Below, one piece after another: positions 46,319 to 55,760 of a stretch of DNA of 64,000 nucleotides (positions are counted from its first letter, which is position 1; each line of letters begins with the position of its first letter). The stretch is taken from the IMG/VR virus record IMGVR_UViG_3300008450_000013, positions 1 through 64,000 of that record; one strand, 5' to 3'. The stretch comes from a virus. The notes under the pieces were generated by a model. It searched no databases, was not told the DNA's origin, and saw only the letters and a program-made list of their open reading frames with translations. Both the position numbers and the translations under genes were made by a program.

Positions 46319-48996
46319 TGGCAACAATTGTAAATGCGAGAGATGTACTTCTTCAAGCTGCAACACGGCTCATCTCTGACAACATTTTGTCAATTGAAGA
46401 AAAACCAAGTTGGATTACAGCGTATGCCAACATCCTGTCAGAACAAACTTCTGTAGGAGCTGAAGCTACTAAGTGGGGCTTGACAGCACAAAAGACAACT
46501 TACGACACAGCTATCTCAGCACTTACAACTTACCTTGGGACTCTAACAACTCCTGTTGCGTGGAACAACTTGACAAACATCACTGTACTATCCTCTGGTA
46601 GTAATGGTGGCGTTACATTCAGAAGTAAGTTTACTGATGTGTCTACAGCCAAAGCTGCTATTTACGCTGGTGTAACTGCTGTTCCAACGACTAAGAGTAT
46701 TGTTGTTACAGCTTCATCTCAGCTATTCCAAATCAGCAAAGCAGGCGTTAATAGTCCTGCAAGTGTGACATTCACAGCACAACGCGAGAATCTCCCAATC
46801 AATCCTACTTGGTCTATCACAAGTGGGACAGGAACTCTCACAAGTGTCTCAGGCGATAGTGCAACTATTACGTTTGCAAACATGACCTCTGACACAGTGA
46901 CAGTTAGAGCATTGGACAGTGCGAGTGGTTTGTCTGATAGTATCACAGTTGTTAAGGTAAGAGAAGGTGTAGATGCTGTTGTAGGTTATCTCACAAATGA
47001 AGCACACACTCTTCCTGCCTCTGACACTGGTGTTGTATCAAGTTATGTAGGAGCTGGTGGAACATTTAAAGTTTACTACGGAGCTGCAGATGTTACAACG
47101 TCATGTACATTCTCTGTACAAACAAACTCCAGTTCTGTCACAACATCTATTGGAGCATCTACAGGTGTGTATGCTATTACGGCAGGTATTCCGAATGGTA
47201 CTCCTGTTGTCACAGTTACTTACAGAGCAACATATACAAGCCCTTTAGGTAATGCATACACAATAGATAAAACTTTCACAGTTGCTAAATCTAATGCCGG
47301 AACAAATGGTACTAATGGAACGAATGGCACAGATGCATTGTTAATGTCAATGACTGTTAGTAGTCAAGTGTTTCAGATCAGTAAGAGTAATGTTGTAACA
47401 CCGAGTAGTATTATGTTTACAGCTAAACCTAATAATGTTGCAGGAGCAAACTACACTGTCACAAGTGGTACAGCGACTCTTACTTCAGTCTCAGGTAATA
47501 ATGCTACTCTGACATATGCCAACCTTACTACAGACACTGCCACAATTCGTGTTGCTGATAATACAAATACATACGCAGACACAATTACTGTAATTAAAGT
47601 GAGAGAAGGTGTTGACAGTTTGTCTGGTATTCTGACAAATGATAGCGTAACAGTTCCTGCGAGTTCTGCGGGGGTTGTGTCAAGTTATTCCAGTGCCACA
47701 GGCAGTTTCATTGTCTACTATGGCAGTGCTAACGTCACAACATCGTGTACGTTCTCTGTACAATCTAACCCTGACAGCTTGACAACAAGTATTGTTGGGA
47801 GTGGGGCTAGTGCAGGACAGTATAATGTCACAAGTGGCATGAGTAGTGTGACTAATGCTAATGTTACATACAGAGCTACATACACAAATGCTTTTGGTAC
47901 TGTGTTTACAGTGGATAAGATATTCTCTTTGTCTAAAAGTAATACAGGGGCTACAGGCAATACAGGAGTTACAGGTGCTCAAGCTCGTATTGCTTATGGC
48001 AAATTCAGTATAGGATTTGTTCCTTCTGCAAGTCCAAGCAGTCAAACAGTAGTAGGAGATACACTTCCGACAGCAGGGTATTGGGGTACTCAGATTGGTG
48101 CTTGGCAAACAACACCATTTACTTTAGCTACAAATGAAATGCTATTCCAGACAACCGGATTGTTTGATACAGTATTAAATCAAACAGTTTGGGTAGAACC
48201 TTACCAAAGTAATTTGAAAGTTGGTAATTTGTCAGCTCTCACAGTAAACACAGGGACACTTACAGTAGATACAGCAGGGCATATTAAAGGTGGTCAGACA
48301 GCTTACAATACGGGTACAGGTTTTTGGCTTGGGTATGACAGTGGAGCTTACAAGTTCTCCCTTGGTAGTTCTACTAACAACATAAAGTGGACTGGTACAG
48401 GTTTGTCTATTTCTGGGGATATTGACGCTTCTGGTGGAGCTAAATTTGTTTTAACTGCCTCCAATTATGTTCAACTTGTAAGTGGCGCAGGTAGTCCAAT
48501 ACTCGGCATTTATAAAGGAACCAATAACGCATTTCCAGCTATGCGCGTTTCCGACTCCGCAGCCACCTCTGAAAGTTCGTTAGATATTGCATCTAATACA
48601 ACAGGAAGTGGTGCGGCTATTCGTGCAACAATGACAGGGACAGGTTATTGTGGGTTGTTCTCTGGCAGTAAGTTTGGCATTGGCGCATCTACTCCAATAG
48701 AATTAAGCGGCAGCGTAGGGACTTCAGGACAAGTATTAACAAGTGGTGGAAGTGGAGCTACACCGACATGGGGTAAGAAGATGTTCAGTGGTGCTAGTGC
48801 TGCAGATGGCTCTGGTAATCTTACTGTCACTGTTAGTTTTCCTGACACAAGCTATGCACCTGTTGCTACATCTACAAGTGGTGTCTATGTTGTTGTTACA
48901 GCTAAGTCAACAACGTCTATTACGTTCCAAGCACAAGATAGAGCTACAGGGGCTGGTGTTGCAAGTGCAGGCATTAGCTGGATTGCAATGGGCTGA
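46318..48996 (+). CDS. central tail fibre / host-specificity protein with duplicated Ig-like modules
   Basis: Two ~215-aa repeats (SSQ.FQISK...VREGVD...LTN); LKVGNLSALTVNTG motif of J-like proteins. Confidence 0.7.
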   Translation: MATIVNARDVLLQAATRLISDNILSIEEKPSWITAYANILSEQTSVGAEATKWGLTAQKTTYDTAISALTTYLGTLTTPVAWNNLTNITVLSSGSNGGVTFRSKFTDVSTAKAAIYAGVTAVPTTKSIVVTASSQLFQISKAGVNSPASVTFTAQRENLPINPTWSITSGTGTLTSVSGDSATITFANMTSDTVTVRALDSASGLSDSITVVKVREGVDAVVGYLTNEAHTLPASDTGVVSSYVGAGGTFKVYYGAADVTTSCTFSVQTNSSSVTTSIGASTGVYAITAGIPNGTPVVTVTYRATYTSPLGNAYTIDKTFTVAKSNAGTNGTNGTNGTDALLMSMTVSSQVFQISKSNVVTPSSIMFTAKPNNVAGANYTVTSGTATLTSVSGNNATLTYANLTTDTATIRVADNTNTYADTITVIKVREGVDSLSGILTNDSVTVPASSAGVVSSYSSATGSFIVYYGSANVTTSCTFSVQSNPDSLTTSIVGSGASAGQYNVTSGMSSVTNANVTYRATYTNAFGTVFTVDKIFSLSKSNTGATGNTGVTGAQARIAYGKFSIGFVPSASPSSQTVVGDTLPTAGYWGTQIGAWQTTPFTLATNEMLFQTTGLFDTVLNQTVWVEPYQSNLKVGNLSALTVNTGTLTVDTAGHIKGGQTAYNTGTGFWLGYDSGAYKFSLGSSTNNIKWTGTGLSISGDIDASGGAKFVLTASNYVQLVSGAGSPILGIYKGTNNAFPAMRVSDSAATSESSLDIASNTTGSGAAIRATMTGTGYCGLFSGSKFGIGASTPIELSGSVGTSGQVLTSGGSGATPTWGKKMFSGASAADGSGNLTVTVSFPDTSYAPVATSTSGVYVVVTAKSTTSITFQAQDRATGAGVASAGISWIAMG

Positions 48997-49002
48997 TATC
49001 CA

Positions 49003-49031
49003 TTGACATTTCCCTATAAACATGATATAAT
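49003..49031 (+). promoter_or_regulatory. sigma70 promoter
   Basis: TTGACA-17nt-TATAAT. Confidence 0.8.
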
Positions 49032-49054
49032 CATACGAAAATAAAAGGAGTATT

Positions 49055-49888
49055 ATGAGCAATAAGTTACGTGTAGTATATAATAATGCTGCTAACAGAG
49101 GTACAGTAACAGCCTCTAGCACAGCAGGAACTTTAGTTGCAAGTAACTTGTTGACTGACAGTAAAGCTGATACATGGAGAGCAACTGGAACATCTGCAAC
49201 AATTACAATTGTATTCACTACAGCAGAAATTGTCAATACAATTGTCACTCCATTTGCTAACTACACCTCTGGAGTTACATTCAGGGTCAAGTATTACACA
49301 AATGCAGCAGATGCATCCCCTGTATATGATAGTACAGCCATTGCAGCTTGTGCTCCTGTCCCATTAGGTGTGTGGGATTGGGGTAGTGTTCCTCTCGGTG
49401 TAAATGCTTATAGCTATGGTGGTGCGTCTTATGGAAGACTGTTTACACCAACACACACTGTTAAGAAGATAGAACTCATAATCACTGACACTGGCAATCC
49501 AAGTGGGTATATTGAAGCTTCTAGGTTGGTTGTTGGCTCCTATTGGGAACCTAACAATGATGCGGAATTATCCCCACAATGGGTTCCTATAGAAACTTCG
49601 ACACATACCAGAAATGATGCTAGTGATCTAGTGACAGACATTGGGACTCTTAATAAGAAGTTACAAATCACTCTCCCTGTCATGGATGCTTCAGACAGGA
49701 ATGCAATGATGAATGTTCTTCGTGGCAATGGAATGTCAAGACCAATCTTCTTGAGTCTATTTCCAGACGACGGTGATAGTACAAAAGAGCAGCACTTTCA
49801 AGTGTATGGTAAGTTATCTCAACAAGCTGGCATCACGCTCCCTAACTGGAATTTATACAACACAACAATAGAAATAGAGGAAGCCTAA
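49055..49888 (+). CDS. minor tail protein (Dit-like with carbohydrate-binding-type domain)
   Basis: YIEASRL.VG.YW.P..., G...PIF.SLFP and ..IEE C-terminus. Confidence 0.6.
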   Translation: MSNKLRVVYNNAANRGTVTASSTAGTLVASNLLTDSKADTWRATGTSATITIVFTTAEIVNTIVTPFANYTSGVTFRVKYYTNAADASPVYDSTAIAACAPVPLGVWDWGSVPLGVNAYSYGGASYGRLFTPTHTVKKIELIITDTGNPSGYIEASRLVVGSYWEPNNDAELSPQWVPIETSTHTRNDASDLVTDIGTLNKKLQITLPVMDASDRNAMMNVLRGNGMSRPIFLSLFPDDGDSTKEQHFQVYGKLSQQAGITLPNWNLYNTTIEIEEA

Positions 49889-52800
49889 TGACTATAGCTT
49901 ATTTTACTCCAAATGATGTAGACTACGTAGATCATTTTAACTTAATGGTAGATGCAGTCAATGCTGGAGGTGGTAGTAGTGGCACAGTTACTTCAGCTTC
50001 AGTTGTCTCTGCAAATGGTTTAGCAGGTACAGTGGCTAATCCTACAACAACTCCTGCCATCACCCTCACAACAACAGTGAATGGTATGGTAAAGGGCAAT
50101 GGTACAGCTCTTAGTGCAGCTACAGCAGGAACAGATTATAGCGCAGGCACAGCAGCTCTTGCAACAGGTATTTTGAAGTCTACCACAACTACAGGTGGAT
50201 TGACAATTGCTGTAGCTGGTGACTTTCCAACACTTAATCAAAACACGACAGGCACAGCAGCAATCTCCACAACAGCTACAACTACAAATGATGTAGCTAC
50301 AGCAACGTCTGTTTATCCATTATGGTCTAGTGCTACAAGTGGTAATAACGCAGTTAAGACATCTAGCACAAAACTATCATTCGTTCCAAGTACAGGTGTG
50401 TTGACAGCAACAGAATTTGCTGGTAGCGGGGCTTCTCTCACAAGTATCCCTAACACAGCTTTGACAAACAACTCTGTGACAATTGGTAGTACAAGCATAG
50501 CACTAGGTGCTACAGTTACGACATTCACAGGATTGTCCTCTGTCACATCAACAACATTTGTAGGTGCGCTTACAGGTAATGCTTCAACTGCCACAACAGC
50601 AGGTAATGTTACAGGTGTAGTAGCTAGTGCTAATGGTGGTACAGGTGTGAATAATGGCGCTAGTACACTAACAATGGCTGGCAATCATGTGCTGTCCGGT
50701 GCATTCGTTTCTACGTTCACGTTCACTGGAACTACAGGAGTTACATTTCCTACAAGTGGTACATTGTTGTCAACAGCAGCAGCCGTAACTGTACCTCAAG
50801 GTGGTACTGGTCTGACATCTTTAACTTCTGGTAGCGTATTAGTTGGTGCTGGCACAAGTAGCCCTACGTTAGTGGCTCCAAGTACATCTGGTAATGTTCT
50901 TACAAGTAATGGTACTACATGGGTATCTTCTCCCGCAACAGGTGGAGGTAGTGCTATCACTGTAAAGGACGAAGGCTCAACACTCACCAGCGCATTAACA
51001 AGTTTAGACTTCGTAGGCGCTGGTGTATCAGCGTCCAATACAGGTGGTGCTGTCACTGTCACAATCACAGGAGGTGGAGGTTCAGGGGGGACAGTGACTA
51101 GTGCTTCTGTAGTATCTGCTAATGGATTTGCAGGTTCTGTAGCTAATGCAACTACTACACCAGCTATCACATTGTCTACTACAATCTCAGGTATTCTACA
51201 AGGGAATGGAACAGCTATTTCAGCAGCTACCACTACAGGCAGTGGTGATGTTGCATTAGCTACAAGTCCTACATTAATAACTCCTGTACTCGGTGTGGCT
51301 AGTGCAACAACATTGAACAAGCTGGCATTCACTCAACCAGCTACAGGAGCTACACTAACAATTGCAGATGGAAAAACTCTAACTGCCAATAACACTGTAA
51401 CATTTGCAGGTACAGATGGGTCTACTCTAAACTTTGGTACAGGAGGTACATTAGGTACTGCTGCTTACACAGCTTCTAGTGCTTACGCTGCTGCTGCAGG
51501 AGCTGCTACTATTGTCACAGTTGGAACCGTTACAACAGGTACATGGAATGCTTCTGTTATTGCGGGACAATATGGTGGTACAGGAGTTAATAATTCTGGC
51601 AAGACAATCACGTTAGGAGGTAATCATACTAACTCTGGTGCGTTTGCTAGTACGTTTACATTCACTGGTACAACTACTGTAACATTCCCTACAAGCGGTA
51701 CTCTACTTTCTACAGCAGCAGCAGTCACAGTAGCGCAAGGTGGTACTGGTCTTGCAACACTGACAGCTAACAATGTGATGCTTGGCAATGGTACAAGTAC
51801 GCCATTGTTTGTAGCTCCTAGTACCTCTGGGAATGTATTGACTAGCAATGGCACTACATGGACATCTGCAGCTCCATCAGGAGGCTCTAGTGGCAGTGCT
51901 TACATAACAAGAACATCTAACACAATTCTTGGAACAGGAGATGTTGGTGACTTCATTGATATCACGTCAGGTACGTTTACACAGACATTTACAGCAGCAG
52001 CTACACTAGGAAGCTCTTGGTTTGTGTGGTTACGCAACTCAGGAACAGGGGTTATTACACTTGACCCCAACGCATCTGAAACAATAGACGGTGTGGCTAC
52101 AACGGTTATGTACCCTAATGAAGTTAGGAAAGTTCAGTGTACAGGGACTGCTTTTATATCAACAGTGGAAGTTCCATTCTTCTATCGCATTACCTCTTCA
52201 GCAACATTTATTAAGCCTTCTGGATATTCTGTCATTGAATTAGAAGTTGTTGGAGGTGGAGGTGGTGGGGGTGGGGGACGTGGAGGCTCTGGAACAACAG
52301 CTAGAACTGGTGGAGGTGGTGGGGGTGGAGGTGCTTACGTCAGATACACACTATCAGGGTCAAATTTATCTGCTGGTTTTTGTCAAGTAGGTGCAGGAGG
52401 GTCGGGAGGTACAACAAGTGGGGGTAATGGGTCAAATGGAGGGAGTTCTTATGCCATTGTTAGTGATTCTTCTTCGGCACACCAATTTCTTGTACAAGCA
52501 TTTGGAGGAGGTGGAGGCACAGGTGCAGCAAGTACAGGTGCGGGAGGTGCTGGTGGAGGAGCTACCAGCGGTGCAAGCACGACAACTGCTGGAAATGGAA
52601 ATCTAGTAGGATACGACTCAGGGGCAAGTAGTTCTGCTGGTACTGTCTCTGGTGGCGGGGTTGGAGGAGACGGAGGTTCTACATCTGGATCAGATGGAGG
52701 AGTTTCAGCATTTACCACTCAAGTAGGTGGCTGTGGAGGTGGTGGAGGTGGGGGTGTCAGTTCAACTGTGGCTGGAACAGGGGGTGTTGGGTTTGGTATT

Positions 52801-53016
52801 TTTAACTCAACTGGTGCGGCTGCTAACACAGCATCTACAAAGATCAGAGGTGGTGGTGGTGGTGGCTCATCAGTTCTCTCAGGAACTTCAAACGCTGGTG
52901 GGGCTGGTTTCCTAGGTGGAGGCGGCGGAGGCGGCGGCTCTAACTACGCTGGTGCTACAGGAGGTGCTGGAGGTGCTGGTGGTTCTGGTTATATAGCTTT
53001 ATGGGGAGTCATCTAA
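49888..53016 (+). CDS. long tail fibre with internal duplication and Gly-rich C-terminal domain
   Basis: QGGTG and GNVLTSNG repeats; VVGGGGGGGGG...GGAGGSG.I.LW terminus. Confidence 0.8.
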   Translation: MTIAYFTPNDVDYVDHFNLMVDAVNAGGGSSGTVTSASVVSANGLAGTVANPTTTPAITLTTTVNGMVKGNGTALSAATAGTDYSAGTAALATGILKSTTTTGGLTIAVAGDFPTLNQNTTGTAAISTTATTTNDVATATSVYPLWSSATSGNNAVKTSSTKLSFVPSTGVLTATEFAGSGASLTSIPNTALTNNSVTIGSTSIALGATVTTFTGLSSVTSTTFVGALTGNASTATTAGNVTGVVASANGGTGVNNGASTLTMAGNHVLSGAFVSTFTFTGTTGVTFPTSGTLLSTAAAVTVPQGGTGLTSLTSGSVLVGAGTSSPTLVAPSTSGNVLTSNGTTWVSSPATGGGSAITVKDEGSTLTSALTSLDFVGAGVSASNTGGAVTVTITGGGGSGGTVTSASVVSANGFAGSVANATTTPAITLSTTISGILQGNGTAISAATTTGSGDVALATSPTLITPVLGVASATTLNKLAFTQPATGATLTIADGKTLTANNTVTFAGTDGSTLNFGTGGTLGTAAYTASSAYAAAAGAATIVTVGTVTTGTWNASVIAGQYGGTGVNNSGKTITLGGNHTNSGAFASTFTFTGTTTVTFPTSGTLLSTAAAVTVAQGGTGLATLTANNVMLGNGTSTPLFVAPSTSGNVLTSNGTTWTSAAPSGGSSGSAYITRTSNTILGTGDVGDFIDITSGTFTQTFTAAATLGSSWFVWLRNSGTGVITLDPNASETIDGVATTVMYPNEVRKVQCTGTAFISTVEVPFFYRITSSATFIKPSGYSVIELEVVGGGGGGGGGRGGSGTTARTGGGGGGGGAYVRYTLSGSNLSAGFCQVGAGGSGGTTSGGNGSNGGSSYAIVSDSSSAHQFLVQAFGGGGGTGAASTGAGGAGGGATSGASTTTAGNGNLVGYDSGASSSAGTVSGGGVGGDGGSTSGSDGGVSAFTTQVGGCGGGGGGGVSSTVAGTGGVGFGIFNSTGAAANTASTKIRGGGGGGSSVLSGTSNAGGAGFLGGGGGGGGSNYAGATGGAGGAGGSGYIALWGVI

Positions 53017-53432
53017 TGAGATATGCAGTTATAGAAAATAACACAGTGGTGAATATAGCAATGGCTGATGCTGATTTTGCTACAGCTCAAGGGTGGGTTT
53101 TGCTAGAAGGTGAAAATTCATATGTTGAAATAGGAGTCTCCTACGTTGATGGAATTTTTTCTAACAATACTCCTCCTATTTTAGTGGTTGTGCCAGAATA
53201 TGTAGCCATGTGGCAAGCAAGAGACTTTTTAATTGCTAATAATTTGTTGGATGATGTCCTCGCTGTAATAGACTCTATCCAAGACCCTGTAGCAAAGAAA
53301 CGTGCTCAAAGTAAATTTGAGTTCTCTAACACAGTGCGAAGAGACGACCCTTTACTAAATTACGTTTGTACAAGTGCAGGGTTTTCTTCCGAGGATGTGG
53401 ATAACTGGTTTATAGAGGCTAACCGCGCATGA
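53016..53432 (+). CDS. putative tail fibre assembly/accessory protein
   Basis: Start MRYAVIEN..VVNI; VP..V.MWQAR and VD.WF.EA motifs. Confidence 0.7.
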   Translation: MRYAVIENNTVVNIAMADADFATAQGWVLLEGENSYVEIGVSYVDGIFSNNTPPILVVVPEYVAMWQARDFLIANNLLDDVLAVIDSIQDPVAKKRAQSKFEFSNTVRRDDPLLNYVCTSAGFSSEDVDNWFIEANRA

Positions 53433-53965
53433 AAATAGCATTTTTCAAAGGTACTAAGTGTGGCATCAATGGTATTTACAACAAAGGTGTTAGGCGGATT
53501 GAGGACGGTTTGTACAGCCATTGCGAATTAATATTTTCCAATGGACTATCAGCGTCTTCATCGTTTATGGATGGCGGTGTAAGATTCAAAGAGATTGAAT
53601 ATGACTTAGAAAAATGGGACATATTTGAAATTCCTTGGGCTGATGAAAAGAGAGCTTTGGTCTACTTCACGCAACGTATTGGCAGACCTTATAACTTACG
53701 TGGTAACATACATTTTGTATTTGGATTCATTAGAGGTGACTCTCATGGTGAATTCTGTTCGGAAGCTTGTGCAGGAGCTTTAGGATTGAGAAATCCTTGG
53801 CAGGTAGCTCCTAATGCACTAGCTAATATTGTGATGTTAATTAATGAAAGATTTGAAATGAATAAAAATTTAGTAAACTTAAAAGCAGACCCTGAGCCAA
53901 CTAACCCAGACGAAGGGTTTACAGGTGGAGGCTCGCCTCCTAAGAAGCCTCCGACAAATCCTTAA
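53429..53965 (+). CDS. permuted papain-like (NlpC/P60-type) amidase with a C-terminal Pro/Gly-rich peptide extension
   Basis: YSHCEL (His) precedes G.PY and FCSE (Cys); tail ...DPEPTNPDEGFTGGGSPPKKPPTNP. Confidence 0.7.
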   Translation: MKIAFFKGTKCGINGIYNKGVRRIEDGLYSHCELIFSNGLSASSSFMDGGVRFKEIEYDLEKWDIFEIPWADEKRALVYFTQRIGRPYNLRGNIHFVFGFIRGDSHGEFCSEACAGALGLRNPWQVAPNALANIVMLINERFEMNKNLVNLKADPEPTNPDEGFTGGGSPPKKPPTNP

Positions 53966-53973
53966 GGCTTAAT

Positions 53974-54387
53974 ATGACAGCAGCTATTTTAAATTATCTA
54001 TGGGTATTATATCCTTGCATAATGATAGCTGCTGTGTACTTAAATAAAGCTAACGCTAATTCTTTGTTACTACTATTTTTTGTAGCTCTTACATTCTACT
54101 TCCCTGTCAGAATGATAGAGAATTATTATTTATGGTACGCAGTAGTTATATGTGCAGAACTTTCAATAATAGTTCTTTCAACTCAAATAAAATGTAATGC
54201 TAGTTTACCCATACTTAGTATAACTTGCTTACTATTAATGAGTCACATTACATCTCTATTTGCAACAAACACAATCTTGTATAGCATTATTGCTAAGTAC
54301 TTAGAACACCTTCAGATGCTCACATTCATAGTTGCATCACCATTACTTATAGAAAAATTGAAGAGGAAATTACGATGCCTAGTGTAG
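53974..54387 (+). CDS. multi-pass membrane protein
   Basis: Four to five hydrophobic segments. Confidence 0.7.
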   Translation: MTAAILNYLWVLYPCIMIAAVYLNKANANSLLLLFFVALTFYFPVRMIENYYLWYAVVICAELSIIVLSTQIKCNASLPILSITCLLLMSHITSLFATNTILYSIIAKYLEHLQMLTFIVASPLLIEKLKRKLRCLV

Positions 54388-54737
54388 AAATTTGGTTGTG
54401 GGCGCTATCTGGAATATTTGCTGTAGCAGGAACTCTCATTACAGTGGTGTGGGCGTTACTCCGAGAGGAAGCAAAGGCACAAGCTGAACTTATTAAATCT
54501 AAAGCAGATCAAGTAAGACTGTCAGACGCTGAAACTAGGTGGAAAGAAGACCACAATCGTATGCGAGAAGATAATGAGAAGATGCGGGACAAACTTGAGG
54601 AGCGTCACTTGCGGGAGATAACACAAATGGAAACTCGACTTACTACGAAGATGGAGAGTTTAGAGCGCACTGTATTGAGTTCCAATAACAGCACAAATGA
54701 ACTGATACGGGATTTAATAAAGGAGATGGCTAAATGA
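54375..54737 (+). CDS. putative holin/antiholin-like protein (single TM plus coiled coil)
   Basis: N-terminal TM; directly upstream of the endolysin; GAGGA RBS. Confidence 0.55.
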   Translation: MPSVEIWLWALSGIFAVAGTLITVVWALLREEAKAQAELIKSKADQVRLSDAETRWKEDHNRMREDNEKMRDKLEERHLREITQMETRLTTKMESLERTVLSSNNSTNELIRDLIKEMAK

Positions 54738-55189
54738 CGCAGTTATCTCCACACTTTACACTAGAGGAACTCGTTGCATCCTCTAAAGCCAAGACACTCA
54801 AAATAGATAATACACCAACTCTAGAAGTCTTAGAGAACTTAAAGGCTCTTGCATTAGCTCTAGAAATGATTAGAAGCGGCTGTGGCAAGCCTTTAAAGAT
54901 TTCTAGTGGGTATAGATCACCTGCCTTAAACAAAGCTGTAGGAGGCTCTAAAACGTCAATGCATACTCAAGGTTTGGCTGCTGACTTTACAGTATCTGGA
55001 ATGACACCTAGACAAGTATGTGAGAAGATTGTAGCAGCAGGAATAAAAGTAGACCAACTCATACTCGAAAATATTTCAGCAGAATCCCCAGATGGCGTGT
55101 GGGTACATGTCGGATTGAGTAAAGGTGTTGTGAGAAATCAAGTGCTTACAATGAAAGCTGGTAAGTATTACGTAGGCTTAATTAAATAA
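54734..55189 (+). CDS. endolysin, peptidase M15A family
   Basis: LSPHFTLEEL, ISSGYRS..LN..VGG...S.H..G.AAD and WVH Zn-binding motifs. Confidence 0.9.
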   Translation: MTQLSPHFTLEELVASSKAKTLKIDNTPTLEVLENLKALALALEMIRSGCGKPLKISSGYRSPALNKAVGGSKTSMHTQGLAADFTVSGMTPRQVCEKIVAAGIKVDQLILENISAESPDGVWVHVGLSKGVVRNQVLTMKAGKYYVGLIK

Positions 55190-55198
55190 GGAAATAAT

Positions 55199-55546
55199 AT
55201 GTTACAGAAAATCAAAGCAGCATGGGAAGTGTTGCAACTAGGGAAGTCATTAGCCAACCCTCAAAAATGGAAACGGAAACAGATAGAGGTCACAGCTCTT
55301 GGTGGCTTGTTTATCGGTGTAGCTCAATTAGCAAAGATGTTTAATTATGATATCTATCTCGATGAAGATACCGCTACAGCTTTTGCTGCTGCTATTATTG
55401 GTGCTGTCAACTGGTATTTCACACTCGCAACTTCTACCAAAGTTGGAGTTGGCTCCAAATCAACAGGTGAAGCTCTACCAGAGCTGGCAGAAGCAGACAC
55501 AATCTCAGTTCCTGTGGAGATTGTCGACCACAGCATCAACAAATAA
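55199..55546 (+). CDS. holin-like membrane protein (2 TM)
   Basis: Two hydrophobic segments; follows the endolysin; AAGGA RBS. Confidence 0.55.
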   Translation: MLQKIKAAWEVLQLGKSLANPQKWKRKQIEVTALGGLFIGVAQLAKMFNYDIYLDEDTATAFAAAIIGAVNWYFTLATSTKVGVGSKSTGEALPELAEADTISVPVEIVDHSINK

Positions 55547-55694
55547 GTGTCAATATAAAATAAAACCTCTTGTCTCATACAAGCCTTTTGTAGAGGCTAT
55601 ACAAGAGCAAGAGGAAATCAATAAAGAAACTGCTTTGAATATTCTGACTAATTCGTTTGAGGGAGTTAGATTCACAATGCATTGCAGATTCTAA
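55362..55694 (+). CDS. overlapping (+1 frame) exported protein with a C-terminal aromatic beta-signal-like end
   Basis: MKIPLQLLLLLLLVLSTGISHS signal peptide; ends GVRFTMHCRF just before the terminator region. Confidence 0.5.
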   Translation: MKIPLQLLLLLLLVLSTGISHSQLLPKLELAPNQQVKLYQSWQKQTQSQFLWRLSTTASTNKCQYKIKPLVSYKPFVEAIQEQEEINKETALNILTNSFEGVRFTMHCRF

Positions 55695-55715
55695 TTTGTT
55701 TTAGTTGAGAGACTA

Positions 55716-55755
55716 TTGAGAAGATATCCTTCACAGGACTCTTCTCTTTTTATTG
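55716..55755. terminator. terminator between the convergent lysis and leftward blocks
   Basis: GAGAAGA.ATCCT-tcac-AGGACTCTTCTC followed by T-tract. Confidence 0.65.
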
Positions 55756-55760
55756 CCTAA

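Noticed and set aside
36477-49888. Contractile (myovirus) tail
   Set aside because: No sheath or baseplate wedge genes; tube + G/GT chaperones + long TMP indicate a siphovirus
52250-52990. GGT/GGA-rich tract as a DNA repeat element or DGR variable region
   Set aside because: Explained by the Gly-rich coding domain; no template repeat or reverse transcriptase in the window
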